DNA of 63,314 nt, the filler included, from Nemertoderma westbladi (taxonomy: Eukaryota; Animalia; Xenacoelomorpha), in NCBI GenBank assembly GCA_032718475.1. It is 3 parts of 3 records of this genome, joined end to end, with 100 filler letters (N's around TTAATTAATTAA, not from the genome) between each part and the next. Parts side by side here need not be neighbours in the genome. Positions count along the whole stretch, not along the records: positions 1 to 25,854 come from JAUCBJ010004485.1; 2 more parts are not named here. One strand, 5' to 3'. A model generated the notes under the pieces. It was not told where the DNA came from and ran no database searches. It worked only from the letters and a program-made list of their open reading frames with translations. The translations under genes were made by a program, and so were the position numbers. Of this stretch, positions 11,501 through 24,280 are shown one piece after another. Within the stretch, counting starts at the first letter, position 1; every line of letters starts with the position of its first letter.

Positions 11501-14500
11501 GAAGAAGAAAACATCCATAACACCAGACGAAAAACCACAGATATCAGATTTAGATAAATTGGACGAAGTACCTGTTGATGAAAATATGTTTGATACAGAG
11601 ACGCCTGCAGTACATGAACCAGAAATTAGTGCATCTGAAAAATTACCACAAGGAACAAAACCAGAAAAACTAAAGAAGAAGCCGAAAGATACAGTTGTTG
11701 ACAAGAAGAAGAAAACATCCATAACACCAGATGAAAAACCACAGATATCAGATTTAGATAAATTGGATGAAGTACCTGTGGATGAAAATATGTTTGATAC
11801 AGAGACGCCTGCAATACATGAATCAGAAATTGGAACATTTGAAAAGAAACCACAAGAAACTAAACCAGAAAAACTAAAGAAGAAGCCAAAAGATACAGTT
11901 GTTGACAAGAAGAAGAAAACATCCATAACACCAGACGAAAAACCACAGATATCAGATTTAGATAAATTGGACGAAGTACCTGTTGATGAAAATATGTTTG
12001 ATACAGAGACGCCTACAATGCATGAACCAGAAATTGGAACATTTGAAAAATCACCACAAGAATCTAAACCAGAAAAACTAATGAAGAAGCCAAAAGATAC
12101 AATTGTTGACAAGAAGAAGAAAACATCCATAACACCAGATGAAAAACCACAGATATCAGATTTAGATAAATTGGATGAAGTACCTGTGGATGAAAATATG
12201 TTTGATACAGAGACGCCTGCAATACATGAACCAGAAATTAGTACATCTGAAAAGATACCACAAGAAACTAAACCAGAAAAACTAAAGAAGAAGCCGAAAG
12301 ATACAGTTGTTGACAAGAAGAAGAAAACATCCATAACACCAGACGAAAAACCACAGATATCAGATTTAGATAAATTGGACGAAGTACCTGTTGATGAAAA
12401 TATGTTTGATACAGAGACGCCTGCAGTACATGAACCAGAAATTAGTGCATCTGAAAAATTACCACAAGAAACAAAACCAGAAAAACTAAAGAAGAAGCCG
12501 AAAGATACAGTTGTTGACAAGAAGAAGAAAACATCCATAACACCAGATGAAAAACCACAGATATCAGATTTAGATAAATTGGATGAAGTACCTGTGGATG
12601 AAAATATGTTTGATACAGAGACGCCTACAATGCATGAACCACAAATTGGAACATTTGAAAAGAAACCACAAGAAACTAAACCAGAAAAACTAAAGAAGAA
12701 GCCAAAAGATACAGTTGTTGACAAGAAGAAGAAAACATCCATAACACCAGACGAAAAACCACAGATATCAAATGTAGATAAATTGGATGAAGTACCTGTG
12801 GATGAAAATATGTTTGATACAGAGACGCCTGCAGTACATGAACCAGAAATTAGTACATCTGAAAAATTACCACAAGAAACAAAACCAGAAAAACTAAAGA
12901 AGAAGCCAAAAGATACAGTTGTTGACAAGAAGAAGAAAACATCCATTACACCAGACGAAAAACCACAGATATCAGATTTAGATAAATTGGATGAAGTACC
13001 TGTGGATGAAAATATGTTTGATACAGAGACGCCTACAATGCATGAACCAGAAATTAGTACATCTGAAAAGTCACCACAAGAAACTAAACCAGAAAAACTG
13101 AAGAAGAAGCCAAAAGATAGGGTTGTTGACAAGAAGAAGAAAACATCAATAACACCAGGTGAACAGCCACAGATATCAGATTTAGATAAATTTGATGAAG
13201 TACCTGTTGATGAAAATATGTTTGATACAGAGACGCCTACAATGCATGAACCAGAAATTGGAACATTTGAAAAATCACCACAAGAATCTAAACCAGAAAA
13301 ACTAATGAAGAAGCCAAAAGATACAATTGTTGACAAGAAGAAGAAAACATCCATAACACCAGATGAAAAACCACAGATATCAGATTTAGATAAATTGGAT
13401 GAAGTACCTGTGGATGAAAATATGTTTGATACAGAGACGCCTACAATGCATGAACCAGAAATTAGTACATCTGAAAAGTCACCACAAGAAACTAAACCAG
13501 AAAAACTGAAGAAGAAGCCAAAAGATAGGGTTGTTGACAAGAAGAAGAAAACATCCATAACACCAGATGAAAAACCACAGATATCAGATTTAGATAAATT
13601 TGATGAAGTACCTGTGGATGAAAATATGTTTGATACAGAGACGCCTGCAATACATGAACCAGAAATTAGTACATCTGAAAAGATACCACAAGAAACTAAA
13701 CCAGAAAAACTAAAGAAGAAGCCAAAAGATACAGTTGTTGACAAGAAGAAGAAAACATCCATTACACCAGACGAAAAACCACAGATATCAGATTTAGATA
13801 AATTGGATGAAGTACCTGTGGATGAAAATATGTTTGATACAGAGACGCCTACAATGCATGAACCAGAAATTAGTACATCTGAAAAGTCACCACAAGAAAC
13901 TAAACCAGAAAAACTGAAGAAGAAGCCAAAAGATAGGGTTGTTGACAAGAAGAAGAAAACATCAATAACACCAGGTGAACAGCCACAGATATCAGATTTA
14001 GATAAATTTGATGAAGTACCTGTTGATGAAAATATGTTTGATACAGAGACGCCTACAATGCATGAACCAGAAATTGGAACATTTGAAAAATCACCACAAG
14101 AATCTAAACCAGAAAAACTAATGAAGAAGCCAAAAGATACAATTGTTGACAAGAAGAAGAAAACATCCATAACACCAGATGAAAAACCACAGATATCAGA
14201 TTTAGATAAATTGGATGAAGTACCTGTGGATGAAAATATGTTTGATACAGAGACGCCTACAATGCATGAACCAGAAATTAGTACATCTGAAAAGTCACCA
14301 CAAGAAACTAAACCAGAAAAACTGAAGAAGAAGCCAAAAGATAGGGTTGTTGACAAGAAGAAGAAAACATCAATAACACCAGGTGAACAGCCACAGATAT
14401 CAGATTTAGATAAATTTGATGAAGTACCTGTTGATGAAAATATGTTTGATACAGAGACGCCTACAATGCATGAACCAGAAATTGGAACATTTGAAAAATC

Positions 14501-15359
14501 ACCACAAGAATCTAAACCAGAAAAACTAATGAAGAAGCCAAAAGATACAATTGTTGACAAGAAGAAGAAAACATCCATAACACCAGACGAAAAACCACAG
14601 ATATCAGATTTAGATAAATTGGACGAAGTACCTGTTGATGAAAATATGTTTGATACAGAGACGCCTGCAATACATGAACCAGAAATTAGTACATCTGAAA
14701 AGATACCACAAGAAACTAAACCAGAAAAACTAAAGAAGAAGCCAAAAGATACAGTTGTTGACAAGAAGAAGAAAACATCCATTACACCAGACGAAAAACC
14801 ACAGATATCAGATTTAGATAAATTGGATGAAGTACCTGTGGATGAAAATATGTTTGATACAGAGACGCCTGCAATACATGAACCAGAAATTGGAACATTT
14901 GAAAAGAAACCACAAGAAACTAAACCAGAAAAACTAAAGAAGAAGCCGAAAGATACAGTTGTTGACAAGAAGAAGAAAACATCCATAACACCAGATGAAA
15001 AACCACAGATATCAGATTTAGATAAATTGGATGAAGTACCTGTGGATGAAAATATGTTTGATACAGAGACGCCTACAATGCATGAACCAGAAATTAGTGC
15101 ATCTGAAAAATCACCACAAGAAACAAAACCAGAAAAACTAAAGAAGAAGCCAAAAGATACAGTTGTTGACAAGAAGAAGAAAACATCCATAACACCAGAT
15201 GAAAAACCACAGATATCAGATTTAGATAAATTGGATGAAGTACCTGTTGATGAAAATATGTTTGATACAGAGACGCCTGCAATACATGAACCAGAAATTG
15301 GAGCAACTGAAAGGAAACCACAAGAGACTAAACCTGAAGAACTTGAGAAGACACCTAAG
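5569..15359 (+). CDS. Titin-like giant Ig protein, 9791-bp exon: 14 I-set Ig domains followed by PEVK-like 68-aa repeats
   Basis: Acceptor tattttag/GA (phase 1 completes G-D-P-R-P), consensus donor AAG/gtaagt at 15360. Repeated PxF...GxPxPxxxW...YxCxAxNxxG Ig motifs, then a P/E/K/D/T-rich repeat. Gene start and end lie outside the recognisable exons. Confidence 0.92.
10690..15359 (+). repeat. Coding tandem repeat: 204-bp / 68-aa unit, about 23 copies
   Basis: Unit KKKKTSITPDEKPQISDLDKLDEVPVDENMFDTETPAIHEPEIGTFEKKPQETKPEKLKKKPKDTVVD. Spacing is 204 bp (e.g. 11292 and 11496). There are 3 diverged copies plus 20 near-identical ones. Confidence 0.95.
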
Positions 15360-15413
15360 GTAAGTTTTCATATAGTGATATTATAAAACTTTATACAATA
15401 CTTATTTAAACCA

Positions 15414-15660
15414 TAGAGACCAGAGAGGGAGGGGGGGGGGGGAAACTGGACGCAATAAAAATTCATCATTCATCCCTCTCCAGGGGAAATTGAACGCAAA
15501 TAACAGTTGATTACTCTCAAAAGTAAACTGTAACCTGTTCTATTGTGTTTAGTTTATTGTTTTGGTTAAAATAACGTGCCACTGTAACCTGCTCCTTTCC
15601 CTAAATTGAGAATTTAACATTGAGACGGGTTATTAATTCGCCAAGATGGGATTTGCGCCC
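15414..15660 (+). mobile_element. MITE family copy with G-run terminus (partial)
   Basis: AGAGAGGG-Gn-AAACTGGACGCAATAAAA...CTGTAACCTGCTCCTTTCCC, collinear with the full copy at 21012-21283. Confidence 0.75.
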
Positions 15661-15904
15661 TGAAAAGTAGATCCGATAGGATCTTCTCGTCTTTATTTCT
15701 CCAGCAACACCTACTGAATCGTGTAGTTTGCGTTCATGTAGAGTAGTTGATAGAGATGGTATTATGTAGCATAAAACTCGGCGTTTGTTATGTGTTGTTT
15801 ATCTCAAGCACTCAAGCTGATATTTAGTGTAACCCTTTTTAGTATTGTATAACAACCATCAATTTATTGTTCAATTTATTTCGTCAGTGTCGATGTCTCA
15901 CCCA

Positions 15905-16236
15905 CCGAATAAAAGTACATTTTCCCCTGTGGCTGGAAAGGTCTTCAGGTAACGGGAGTGGTGTGATTTCCTGATGTTGTTCATTTTTGATGGCCAGCCT
16001 TGCAGCCTTCCATTAACATACAAATCATGAATTCGGTCTTAGAAGCATTTTATATGCAATCCAACCTCATTAACAGCGCTTTCCACTTGGTTCAGTAGAA
16101 GTTGTAGGGCCTACATCTGCTGGCGTATTAGAAAGAAGGGCAATAGCAATGTCATCCGCAAAGTAGATGTCTGTGAATCTAGTAGTTGCCGGATATCAGC
16201 TGCTTCTACGTTCTGAACACATGGTCTTCTTCACCA
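15905..16236 (-). mobile_element. Decayed RTE-type LINE reverse transcriptase fragment
   Basis: Minus strand reads RRSS.YPATTRFTDIYFADDIA...LLLNQVESAVNEVGLHI..SKTEFM with frameshifts; FADD is the catalytic motif. Confidence 0.65.
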
Positions 16237-16544
16237 GTTGTGGCGGTTGGGTGCAATCTTGGCCCGCGTCCAACCTTCGCCCGATTGGGGGAGAGGAGCA
16301 GGTTACAGACACGATGGGTTACAGAGTCCAATTTTTCTAACCGAAACAATAAACGAGGTTGTTAACACTCATTTTGAGGGCGAAGAGTGCTCCGGGAGAA
16401 GTTTGCTGCGTCCCGTTGTGGCTGTCCTCGTTTCATAATCCAATATATTAATAGGCGCAATATAATAATATATTAATTATATTATATATTAATGTGTCGC
16501 CTATGTGCAGTTCACGAGCCAGGATTGATAATATCTAAATCCTA

Positions 16545-18252
16545 TACAAGCAATGATTACTTCTGGTATTCCTGAAGTTCTTAAGATTTCCAGGATTTTA
16601 TTGACCTAATTCCTTGAAATGGTCTCCATAGTATCTAAGCTTTCAGAGTGCGTGCGTTCATTTTAGTAATCTTTTGTGTCTTCTTACATTTCCGCAGGGT
16701 GGTTCTTCTTTCTTCTCTATCTTCTGTTGCAGTAGCCAATTTGTCGATCCTAGTCGGTGTATCACTGCGTAGAACGAAGAGATTCCCACAACAAATGAAA
16801 ACAATTAAGTTGGTGCCAGTTCCCGAGAAGGTAAACCTAACACACTATGGTTCTTATTGGGGAATCTCATTGATCTTGATTGTTGCAAAACTATACAATA
16901 GAATTCTATTAAATCGCATCAGGGATCCCATTGAGAGTCTGTCGCGGAAATCAGAATGGGTTCCGTAAAGGTCGTGGGACCATGGAGCCCATTTTGGCAC
17001 TTAGAAGGATAATTGAAGAGTTATCAAAAAAGAAAGACAGGCATCTGGCTGTTATCTTTGTTAACTTCTTCAAGGCCTTTGATTCAGTCTCTCGATCACA
17101 TATGTTCAGCATACTTTCATTATATGGGATTCCTGAGAAGATTATTGCTGCAATCAGATCAGTATACGATGGCTCGACGACATTTGTGTGTTCCATTAAT
17201 GTGACACAGATCCATTCGAAGTTTAAGGAGAGTCCTTCACTCAATAAATTCTTATTCATAATTGTGGTTGACTATGTCCTACGCATGTCCGTAGATCACC
17301 ATAATCATGGTAGCACCCCCTACTGGCTCCAAAAGTCGAGGAAATCCAGTCACGTACCTAACTGATCTAGACTTTTCTGATGACGTAGGAGTACTCTCAG
17401 AATCACTAGAGGGAGCCCAACGGCTCCTCATCTCATTAGAACAGGCTGCTTCTAGTGTTGGTCTATTTGTCAACTCAAAAAAGACCGAAACCAGTTAAAT
17501 TCGACAGGCCTCAGGAAATGCCTGACTGTATAAGCATAAGCACTAATGATATTGTGCTTGAGCATGTATACGACTCTACTACCTGGCATCATGGAAATCA
17601 GGTGAGGACCTTCGAATACGTAAGGGGAAGGCATGGGCAGCATTGGAAGGGGTTTCCAGGATTTGAAAGTCACGCAGAATTCATCGGAAACTTAACGTCC
17701 GATTATTAAGAGCAGCAGTAGTTCCAGTACTCCTCTGTGTGGTAGTCCATGCTGGGCTCTAACTGCTGAGGACACCAAATCTCTGGATAGCACATTCACG
17801 AGAATGCTGCGTCGTGTTCATTGTCTCAAGTACTATGCACACATCTCCAACAAGACTCTACATAACATTGGAAGTGTCTCCGATGTGTCTCCGCTTGTGG
17901 TTCCCACAAGTTTGATTGACACTAGAACAAAGCAGCCTCATTTTTGCTGGACATTGTTTTCGCCGTGAGAATTTTTCGCCGATAAGAATGGTAGACAGCC
18001 CATGACTTTCGTGAGACGTCTCCTAAAGGACACTGGCCTTGAAGATGCGGATAATCTCGCGAAACTCATGGGGGATAGGGAGTTGTGGCGGTGCAACTTT
18101 GTTGACAAGCCGGCATAGCATTCTTAATGCCCGCTGCATTGGGCTTGCCAATTGTGGATTGCATGGTGGTGACAAAATGTTTTTGTTAAGCTGGCATACC
18201 ATCTCAATGTGCAGTTTCAATACAGCAGGCCGATTATAGTAATCGTAGTAGC
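16545..18252 (+). mobile_element. Degenerate 5'-truncated RTE-clade non-LTR retrotransposon (RT and 3' end)
   Basis: Frameshifted pieces LVPVPEK..GISLILIVAKLYNRILLNRI, QNGFRKGRGT, IFVNFFKAFDSV, LDFSDD, VGLFVNSKKTE. The 3' end is shared with 21388-21670 and 34760-34935. Confidence 0.85.
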
Positions 18253-18589
18253 CTTCATTGGTGCCCAATACACTGTAGCCCTCGATGACTTATTTTGTTG
18301 ATGGGACTTACTACGAACCCACATATTATGAATAGGCTACCGATATGCTTATAGGACTGCTTAACTGGGCTGACAGCTACAGGTTGCACTACACCATTAC
18401 TGTAGGCCTACTGCCATAGTTAATGTGATCTGATCAGTTCGCTAAAGGTGTATTTACTCCCCGTGGCTTTAAGTGAATCACACGAACAATTCTTGCTGAT
18501 CACTTTAAAATATCGTGCGATTCACTTCACTCAGGTGATGATCACATGACCCATGATTAAATCTAATACAAACTGATGATAATAACCAC

Positions 18590-18800
18590 CTCAGAAGTTA
18601 TTTTCGAATGGAATGGATGGAAGCATACTTATTGAACTGCTGGAAACTCCTCAGAGTCCCCCGAAAAAACATTATGAGGCGCCGTTCACCGAGAATTTGA
18701 ATTGAATTCCTGTGTAAATTATCTATCCGAGAATCCACGTACCGAAAATTATTTTGGTTGATAGCTTTAGTTAGATACATATTGGATAAAGGAGGATGCC
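18590..18800 (-). mobile_element. Possible highly decayed L1/Tx1-like RT fragment
   Basis: One minus frame reads FGTWILG*IIYTGIQFKFSVNGAS*CFFGGL*GV, resembling WI..LY...VNG..S..F...RGVRQG. It contains several stops. Confidence 0.3.
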
Positions 18801-18890
18801 TGCATTGCACCGCACTTAAAGATTAATCACATACATTTTTCATAATTACTTGATGCCGTTTAATCTAAAACTTTACATCACTACAGCACA

Positions 18891-19020
18891 GATAGGGCGG
18901 GGGAAACTCGACGCAATAAAAATCCATCTCTCTCCAGGGGAAATTGGTAGCAAATAAAAGCTGATTACTCTCAAAAATAAAACTGTAACCTGTTGTATTG
19001 TGTTTAGTTTATTGTTTTGG
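18891..19020 (+). mobile_element. MITE family copy (5' half)
   Basis: CAGATAGGGCGGGGGAAACTCGACGCAATAAAA...CTGTAACCTG...TTATTGTTTTGG. Confidence 0.7.
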
Positions 19021-21011
19021 CTGCGTCCTACAGCATGAGACGTAATTCCAAAAATAATCCACTATTATGTGACGAAGAGGTGTATCATTAAAGGAGGATA
19101 TCGGTTAAGGAGCTGGCTGCAATTGAACCTATTGAGGGGAGAATTTATTATGGTTGTCAGGTATGACAGACTTTCTGCCGATCACGTTATTTATCGTTCC
19201 TAACCTTTGATTGGCTCTCCAAGAGAAATGCTTTACAATTTATTGCCTTTTTAAATATGACAAATCTCTGACACTTTGTTATATGCTTGATTAAGTTCCC
19301 CGCTCCCCATCTGAGAAGGGTGCAGGATTCCCTCCTGCCTGTCTTATTACTATAAATAATCCCCAGGTATTTTGGACCAGTGACTTCCAGCCATTCCATA
19401 TTTGTATTGCAGTGCTTCAGAGCTGCAGAGAAGCCATGTATATATTGGTCAGTCTAGACTCATCAAATAGACAAGTAACAACTGTTAGGAAAGAACGGTC
19501 TTATTAGAGGGCATAATATTTTGTGTGCGAGTGCGATGTCTGTGTGACTGTATACATTAATAGCTTTACCAATTACTGTACAGTGTAGGGAAGTCCTATT
19601 ACTGTATTACTTGTTAAGTTTCTTTTCGTATATTGCAGTATTGGATATTGTGGTACTATAAATGTAATACTTTATGTCATTTGTTGGGGCTTATTAGATT
19701 TGTCGATTCTGATTTATAACACCTACTGACCTATTTGGAATTACTAGAATATTTGTTAATAAATGATGACTTTATAACGCTATCAGCCTGATTATTTTGC
19801 TCGTAAATCTTCCCGGTAGATATACCGTAATGTTTCGAGTATTAAATTCAATGTAATAACTGAAATTAAACCCTACCGTTACATGACCGGTACTGCGGTA
19901 CATACAAACCACCTATTTGTTAGGCCTACAAATTTGTTCCAAATTTATTTTTAACTCATTATGTAAATAATAATTACAATTTACAGTAGCAAATTTCAAC
20001 TTTTTAAATTTCCCTCTTTTAGAAACAATCAGCTGGTGGTGGGTATATTGTGAAAATTAGGTCGTTTTTCGTAAATAGGCCAAAGTTAATGGGTTAATAT
20101 TAAAAAATAAAACAGTAAAACACAATAATTAATTGTTCTAAGAAAAAAAATAAAATTAAAAATATAATTAAATTAATAATTATTGGCTGTTTTTAATAAT
20201 ATATGACAAGCTTTTAATATTCAAATATGAAATTAAGATTATATATTAAGATTATATTAAGAATTAAGATTATAGCTAGTGCGTTGTGAGTGTCGTATAA
20301 AAGTATGTTACCTAAGTATTGAAAAGCCATAAATAAAGTGGTACCACTAGGTAAAAGTGGTAGGAATAAATTCATCAAGATTATTAATCGTAAGGTATTT
20401 TTTATACGTTATCTGTGTGTGGTAGTTGATTGCGTGTGAGACAATCAATATGTTGGTTTTTTATGTTAATCAATTTCGGTTTTAGAGGATTACATTACAG
20501 TACTGTATTAGTCGCTTTACCTTTAACCTTTACTTATTTCATTACTTAAACTTAAGTTTGGTGGTAAGGCGAGTTTCCTAAATCATTGTTAAGGTACAGT
20601 ATGTTCACCTAAATACAATACAGACTTTAGGCAGAATAGTTTACACGGTTGCAGTACTGACAGCACGCAGTCCTGACCCGGACTAGAGTAGGTTGCGATT
20701 ACAGTTACAGAGGTGTTGTAGGTTGTGTTTTAATTACATTAATATTGATTAACGTCATCTTATAGTCATCAAACGTTATAATAGGTAAGTTAATAGTTAA
20801 TACTTTATTACCTTAAAAAAGAAAATAAGTTTAATGGCCACCAAGACGGCAAGAGGTATTACATCAGGGTTTATGATGTGGAAGGAACACTGTATTCATT
20901 ACACATTCAAAAAGTTTCTTTGCAGGATTCGCAACTCTATAGAAGTATAAAAAGTAGAACTAATAGATCCTACAGTACATACACCTTGAGACACCAAAAG
21001 TATTATTAGAG

Positions 21012-21283
21012 CAGATAGGGGGGGGGGGGGGGGGGGGGGGGGAAACTGGACGCAATAAAAACTCATCCCTCTCCAGGGGAAATTCGACGCATATAACAGC
21101 TAATTACTCTAAAAATAAAACTGTAACCTGTTCTATAGTGTTTAGTTTATTGTTTTGGTTAAAATAACGTGCCATTGTAACCTGTTCCTTTCCCTAAATT
21201 GAGAATTTAACATTGAGGCGGGATATTAATTCGCCAAGGCGGGTTTCGCGTCGAGTTCCCCCCCCCCCCCCCCCCCCTGTCTC
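21012..21283 (+). mobile_element. Full-length MITE with G/C-run terminal inverted repeats, possibly hAT-type
   Basis: Left end CAGATAG(G)nAAACTGGACGC, right end GCGTCGAGTT(C)nTGTCTC. An 8-bp direct repeat TATTAGAG at 21004-21011 and 21284-21291 is consistent with a target-site duplication; the exact ends are ambiguous by a few bases. Confidence 0.8.
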
Positions 21284-21387
21284 TATTAGAGATAAAAATC
21301 ATTTACGAAGTGAAAAGAGATTGTGTGACTTCCTATCAAATTGTAGGTACAGTATAAATTGATTTAGACATTTATGAGACACCATAG

Positions 21388-21670
21388 GCTACTACAACTA
21401 CTACTACTGAAGCACAGCTGCATTGAAGCTGCACATTGAGATGCTATGTTGGCTTAACAAAAATATACTTACAAAATGCCCAATTATGCAGCGTGCATTA
21501 ATAATGCTATGCCGGCTTATCACAAAATTGCACCACGACAACTCCATATCCCCTATGAATTTCGTGTGATTATCCGCATCTTCAAGGCCAGTGTCCTTTA
21601 AGAGGCATCTCAAGAAAGTCATGAACCACCATGCTTATTTTCTCTATGGGGCTGCCAAAGCACGGCTGGT
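21388..21670 (-). mobile_element. 3' end of RTE LINE, same family as 16545-18252
   Basis: Minus strand MTFLRCLLKDTGLEDADN..GD.ELSW and the 3' UTR match 18000-18250, ending in a GTA-repeat-like tail. Confidence 0.75.
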
Positions 21671-24125
21671 CCTCAAAAGAAGACAGTTATATATATATAT
21701 CCCATCTTTATGAACAACATAAACCAGCACCGTTGGTGAAGTTGTCTGTGACTTTTCCGCTAGTTGAGAGGTTCGACCCGTGCCGAACCAGTTGTAATTC
21801 CATAAATGGCAGACTGGTTGCCCACCACCCAGTGACATGGAAACGTGGGGAGTTAAGGAAAGGGTGAAGTGAATTAAAGTTGTTTATACATGAATGTGAA
21901 ACACGACAACGGGAGCCAAAAGCAACCAGAAGGCTCCTCTTGGCAGTTACCAGGCTCTCCTGGCAGTTACCTTTAATGCAGACAGGACGCCATAATATCT
22001 CCCAATGTCGAATACTCTAACTGTCCAACTATTTCTTTACTCACCCGACCCGCAGTATATGCAATCACCTCATTTCATCAACGGCGTGGGCTGAAATGAA
22101 AAGGGTTGGATAGTTAATGAACGCTCAACCTTATGAGTTAAAATGTGGTGTCTCCTCCTCACGTCACGTGATAGCCAAGGAAGGGGTAGGTAGGGGTTTC
22201 CTGTATCATGTTCACCTATTACTCGAATTTTTATTTATTAGAAGGATGTCACGTGCTACTTAAAGTCCCTAGCCATGTATACACGATAATTATCTGGTGT
22301 CTGTACTATATAACACTGCTAGTAATGCTAGTCTTATAAACTCTCTAAATGCTAGTGATAATCATTTTAACTTTATACGAAACTAAATAATTGGATACAT
22401 GGTATAAGTGAACTGCCAATATATATGCGGAATATACAACATGTTTGCTTTAGTTAATTAAAACCATTTAATATTGTGTTTCCGCCACACTCTCCTTCTT
22501 TATTGACCTACCTCTGGTATTTATAATGTCATGTAAGACACAATAAACTACCGTCTACGTGTACGGTGGTAATATTTATCAGTAATGATTTATATTTTCA
22601 ACTTTTTTTTTCCTGAGTTTTTTTGTTGTATTTTAATTGATAATAATATTATTTAATTAATTGTCAAGCAAGGTAAGTAAAGTAAAAAACCTTAACGGTA
22701 GGTATGCAAAGACCAAGAATGTTAAAAACTTAAAAGTAACTGCTGAACTGGACCTAGACGGTTGCATGCAATCAGTGATCAACTGACAGCAGTCAGCTGA
22801 CCCATAGGTTTCGCCTCACGAATGAAGGCGAAACCTACTACCGGAATGCAACCATCCAAGTAGTAATAGTATGCCACTCTCTGGCGACAGTTGGACCCAC
22901 TTCACACCTTGGGTGTTAAGTAGGTCATTAATTAATTAACCAATTAATTAATTGGTCGATTAAACAATTAATTAATTGTTTAATCAATCGATTTGTATCA
23001 AATAATGTTGCCAAAGGCAATTTAATTTGACACAAATCAATCAGATAGGGACGCGAGATGAATAAATTGTACTATAACAAACGAAATGTACAATACAATA
23101 GGCACTGTACATTACAATATACAATACATTTGTATTATTTTTGCCATACAGTAGGTAAAGGTAGAATTAAATATAAACATGCGAGCGGGGCCCAAAACAT
23201 AAATTACCCTCACTCGAAAATAAAGTGGACCAGTTTGGCCCTGAGTCATCCCTCAATAATCTGCGGTCGTTGGGCTCTTATTAGACGTAGCAAGATTAAT
23301 CCCTTTGAATCCTATACTGTACGTCAACGCGTGAATGGGGCCTGCCATAGAGTTTAAATTATTCAAACCTACAGCTGTGGGTGGGGACTGCCTTGGTATG
23401 TTGCCTTGATAGCCTTTAGCTTCGTTATCATGTAAGATTGGAAACCTTCGGTTTGCATCTTACGCGCCAGCATCACCTCAATCGCACATAGGCCAACTAC
23501 AACCATTAATTACCGCATATGCGAGCGCATATGTTAATTTAAACCTGCGCGCCTGATCGCACATAATTAAATAAGGCCCTCTTTTAATACATAAGTTATA
23601 TACAGTTTATCTTCAATTTATTGAATTTGTTTTTATTTACAACCCTAATTGTTCTACTGTATTATAATTTAAGTTTTATTATAACAAGCTATATCCTGTT
23701 AATCTTATTAATTTTATTTGTACTGAGGTTTTCGAAGGCGCTGTTTCCAATGGTCCTACTCTCAAAACGATCTAACCTACTGTATAATTAATTACTTAAG
23801 TCTGCGAGGTATGCGTAAGTAACAAATCTCGTTTACCAGTTTTCCTTAAAAAATATGAAGCTATATTGCTTAAGATTTCTGAGGGGCGAGCCATGAGGTA
23901 AGATGTTTGAGACTTTTTTAGATATATTATTACTTAATTTTGACCCCCCAGTCGATATCTATTACAATATAGGCTATATCTTTTTGCGGAGTCACAGAGT
24001 AGTCTGAAGATCCGAGTCTGCTGCTAGAGGGTGAAATGTCTCAAAGTAAAAACCATACGGTAGCTATGAATTGGTTACTAGGCAATAATACTACATTTTG
24101 TATAGTTAGGCCTATTGCTGATCGA

Positions 24126-24212
24126 ACGAAAACTGCCCTGGTCCATGTGAGGATTGAACCCACGACCTATTGGAGATGTGAATTCAAAGCAACCACTACA
24201 CCAAGGTGGAAC
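24126..24212 (-). mobile_element. tRNA-like head of SINE family A (fragment)
   Basis: ACGAAAACTGCCCTG...TTGAACCCACGACCT...GAGATGTGAATTCAAAGCAACCACTACACCAAGG aligns with 3967-4049. Confidence 0.7.
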
Positions 24213-24280
24213 AGTAACGTTTGAATTTGTTCGTTAACGTTCGAATTTGTAAGACTCTGATTTAAGACCTGAGGCACTCC

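Noticed and set aside
11171-15190. 1339-aa antisense ORF
   Set aside because: Shadow frame of the 204-bp coding repeat. A stop-free unit repeated in tandem gives a long ORF automatically.
19150-19480. Possible LINE endonuclease relic (WLEVTGPK..)
   Set aside because: Too degenerate to support by eye.
22790-22840. Hammerhead ribozyme
   Set aside because: GAAAC..GUC is present on the minus strand, but there is no CUGANGA core in the required position. Kept only as an unclassified structure.
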